Below, in pieces: positions 18,638 through 19,925 of a DNA stretch of 19,925 nucleotides. The notes under the pieces are model-generated. The model was not told where the DNA came from. It did no database searches and saw only the letters and a list, made by a program, of their open reading frames with translations. Location of the stretch: the UHGV virus genome UHGV-1435313. The stretch is one strand, 5' to 3'. The number at the start of each line of letters is the position of its first letter. Position 1 is the stretch's first letter. A program made the position numbers and the translations under genes. This DNA comes from a virus.

Positions 18638-18880
18638 TCATGCTCCGGCAGTGAACAGGTCTAACGCTTCCTTCGACTTACGCACCGCTTCGATAGTGCG
18701 GGTCGTGATATCCGAATTAGCGCCGCCTGACTGGAAGTGAATTTTGAATAGCTCAAGCTTCAACTCGTCAGTACCAATGAACTGAAATGCTTCTTCTGCG
18801 GCTGCGTTCTGGTTCATGACCAGTTTGTAAATCTCTAGCTGGAATTTCTGTTCTTCAGTCATGGAAATAATCTCTGCCAT
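18638..18880 (-). CDS. Hypothetical protein (80 aa), translationally coupled to the HslV-like gene
   Basis: ATG at 18878-18880 preceded by GGAG at 8 nt; non-hydrophobic, acidic, predicted helical; no recognisable motif. Confidence 0.5.
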   Translation of the reverse strand: MAEIISMTEEQKFQLEIYKLVMNQNAAAEEAFQFIGTDELKLELFKIHFQSGGANSDITTRTIEAVRKSKEALDLFTAGA

Positions 18881-18905
18881 TGTTGGCTCCGTTTATCCGT
18901 TAAAA

Positions 18906-18927
18906 GGGATATCAGTTAAGTTATCCC
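18906..18927 (-). terminator. Hairpin (GGGATA/TATCCC, 10-nt loop) followed by UUUUAA on the - strand, immediately upstream of the 80-aa gene's ribosome-binding site; weak terminator / tR'-like element or operator
   Basis: Seen directly: - strand GGGAUA-ACUUAACUGA-UAUCCC-UUUUAACGG then GGAG and ATG. Confidence 0.3.
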
Positions 18928-19207
18928 GTGTAGGGTATAAGTCATTGTCGAGACCACTCATTGAATGGCCTCTGCAATAACCGATGTCTTTCCATCAGTC
19001 CGCCACCACAAAGAATCTTTTTTGCCATAAGGCTGGAGGTTCATCTTTCAGTGGCTGCCAGTGTTATTTCCCCACTTTCTGGCTTGGGTTGTTTCGCGGT
19101 GCTGCCGTTAATTAGTGACCAGAAATTAACTCCGGTTTCATTATCAAGCCCACCAGTAGATGGGCTTTGTAATGAAGAGTTGTTATGAAAATTGCTCTAA
19201 ACAAGCA

Positions 19208-19696
19208 TTAATAGCCATCAGAAGTAATCGCTACAGATTTCAATCCCTCAATGTCATCCTTGGACAGGGCGAACCATTCACCGTGCTTTCTCTTTGCGGC
19301 AAATTTGCGATGAAGCATGTTTTCAGTTTCTCTTCCACCAGGGATCAGGCACTCAAGCTTCAAGCAGTCTGGTCCAGAGTTGCCAAGCGATTTGATGCGT
19401 TGTGGAATGTTGGATGAATACCCAATTTTGGTTAGCCCAGTTTTCTTCGATGACAAAACGTATACCTGAGGAGGTTCTTTTCTCTGGTCTTCCATTACAC
19501 GTCTCATTGTTGCCATAAGTCCGCCGTGCATCAGCATTTCAACAAAGAACGCTGACCGAACACCTGACGACTTAAGCATGCCAGAAAATTCACTTGCCAA
19601 TTCCATTAACTCTGCGATGTTTTCAGGAACTTTTTGGCAGTTATCTTCCTTGTATAAGGAAATCATTCTTTGAAGCTTTTCTTCTAATTGGTTCAT
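19208..19696 (-). CDS. T5orf172 (MUG113) domain protein, GIY-YIG-like superfamily, putative nuclease; 162 aa from ATG 19694-19696
   Basis: C-terminal half PQVYVLSSKKTGLTKIGYSSNIPQRIKSLG...ETENMLHRKFAAKRKHGEWFALS fits the T5orf172 consensus (vYvl...KIGit...Rl..L...E..lH......EWF). Start chosen at M13 because AAAGGTAAAG precedes it; the track's GTG at 19730-19732 lies inside a hairpin. Confidence 0.7.
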   Translation of the reverse strand: MNQLEEKLQRMISLYKEDNCQKVPENIAELMELASEFSGMLKSSGVRSAFFVEMLMHGGLMATMRRVMEDQRKEPPQVYVLSSKKTGLTKIGYSSNIPQRIKSLGNSGPDCLKLECLIPGGRETENMLHRKFAAKRKHGEWFALSKDDIEGLKSVAITSDGY

Positions 19697-19807
19697 AGCG
19701 TCTTTACCTTTTAGAAAGTGAGCCTGTCTCACAGAAAAGCCGCCCCGAGATGGTCGCCACCATATACGGCAGTTCTCAGGCTCAACTTTCTGAAAGGCTC
19801 GGGTGAT

Positions 19808-19835
19808 GTAATATGCGCGTGAGATGCGCTGTGAA
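19808..19835 (-). promoter_or_regulatory. Candidate sigma70 promoter for the T5orf172 gene (-35 TTCACA, 16-nt spacer, -10 TATTAC on the - strand)
   Basis: Hexamers seen on the - strand just downstream of the terminator at 19846-19871; spacer contains the direct repeat ATGCGC-GTGAG-ATGCGC. Weak match. Confidence 0.2.
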
Positions 19836-19845
19836 ATTCAGATGT

Positions 19846-19871
19846 AAAAAAAGCCCCGCATCGCGAGGCCC
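19846..19871 (-). terminator. Rho-independent terminator (7-bp GC-rich stem, 3-nt loop, U7) on the - strand, ~24 nt downstream of the upstream gene's stop
   Basis: - strand RNA GCCUCGC-GAU-GCGGGGC-UUUUUUU (six G-C pairs and one G-U wobble), seen directly. Confidence 0.6.
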
Positions 19872-19895
19872 ATTCTATTATTCGGGTGCTCATGA

Positions 19896-19925
19896 TCAGG
19901 CCGCCGCATAGAGCAATTTCATCTG
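19896..19925 (-). CDS. 3' end of an upstream - strand gene truncated by the window edge (ends ...QMKLLYAAA, stop TGA at 19896-19898)
   Basis: Open frame running off the window with a stop just before the strong terminator; identity unknown. Confidence 0.3.
   Translation of the reverse strand, partial: QMKLLYAAA

Noticed and set aside
18961-19417. + strand ORFs 18961-19188 (75 aa, TTG start) and 19160-19417 (85 aa)
   Set aside because: The first lies in the non-coding interval with a non-ATG start and low-complexity sequence; the second is antisense to the T5orf172 gene. Neither has a credible ribosome-binding site or any motif.
19733-19900. 55-codon - strand frame (ATGAGCACC...) running through the terminator hairpin into the T5orf172 leader
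   Set aside because: It would translate the GC hairpin and U7 tract (ASRCGAFFT) and is below the ORF threshold. The terminator interpretation explains the sequence better.
1-19925. CRISPR arrays, IS elements/transposases, rRNA genes
   Set aside because: No short regularly spaced direct repeats, no transposase-like ORFs and no terminal inverted repeats were seen. The only mobile-element signature is the prophage itself with its tRNA attachment site.

Overview
This window reads as the attL-proximal ~20 kb of a P22-like (Sf6-type) temperate podovirus prophage integrated at the 3' end of a tRNA-Arg(CCU) gene. From the left: tRNA 3' fragment (1-53), a P4/IntS-family tyrosine integrase on the + strand, then a convergent, tightly packed late operon on the - strand. 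In transcription order (high to low coordinates) this is TerS, TerL, portal, scaffold, coat, small ORF, gp4-like, gp10-like, tail needle, gp14-like, three ejection proteins and the tailspike. All calls rest on manual reading of the supplied translations and recollection of family motifs; no searches were run. Upstream of TerS, where accessory 'moron' genes usually sit in this phage group, lie the most unusual genes: an 80-aa ORF translationally coupled to a standalone HslV/proteasome-beta-like Ntn hydrolase with an apparently intact Thr-Asp-Lys catalytic set, a 327-bp gene-free interval with hairpins, and a T5orf172 (GIY-YIG-like) gene flanked by a strong intrinsic terminator. No lysis genes, immI genes (ant/arc/mnt/sieA) or O-antigen-modification cargo (oac/gtr) are visible where P22/Sf6 carry them. 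The tailspike is mosaic, with a conserved head-binding N-terminus and an AT-rich, apparently foreign receptor-binding part. No CRISPR array, rRNA or transposase was seen.
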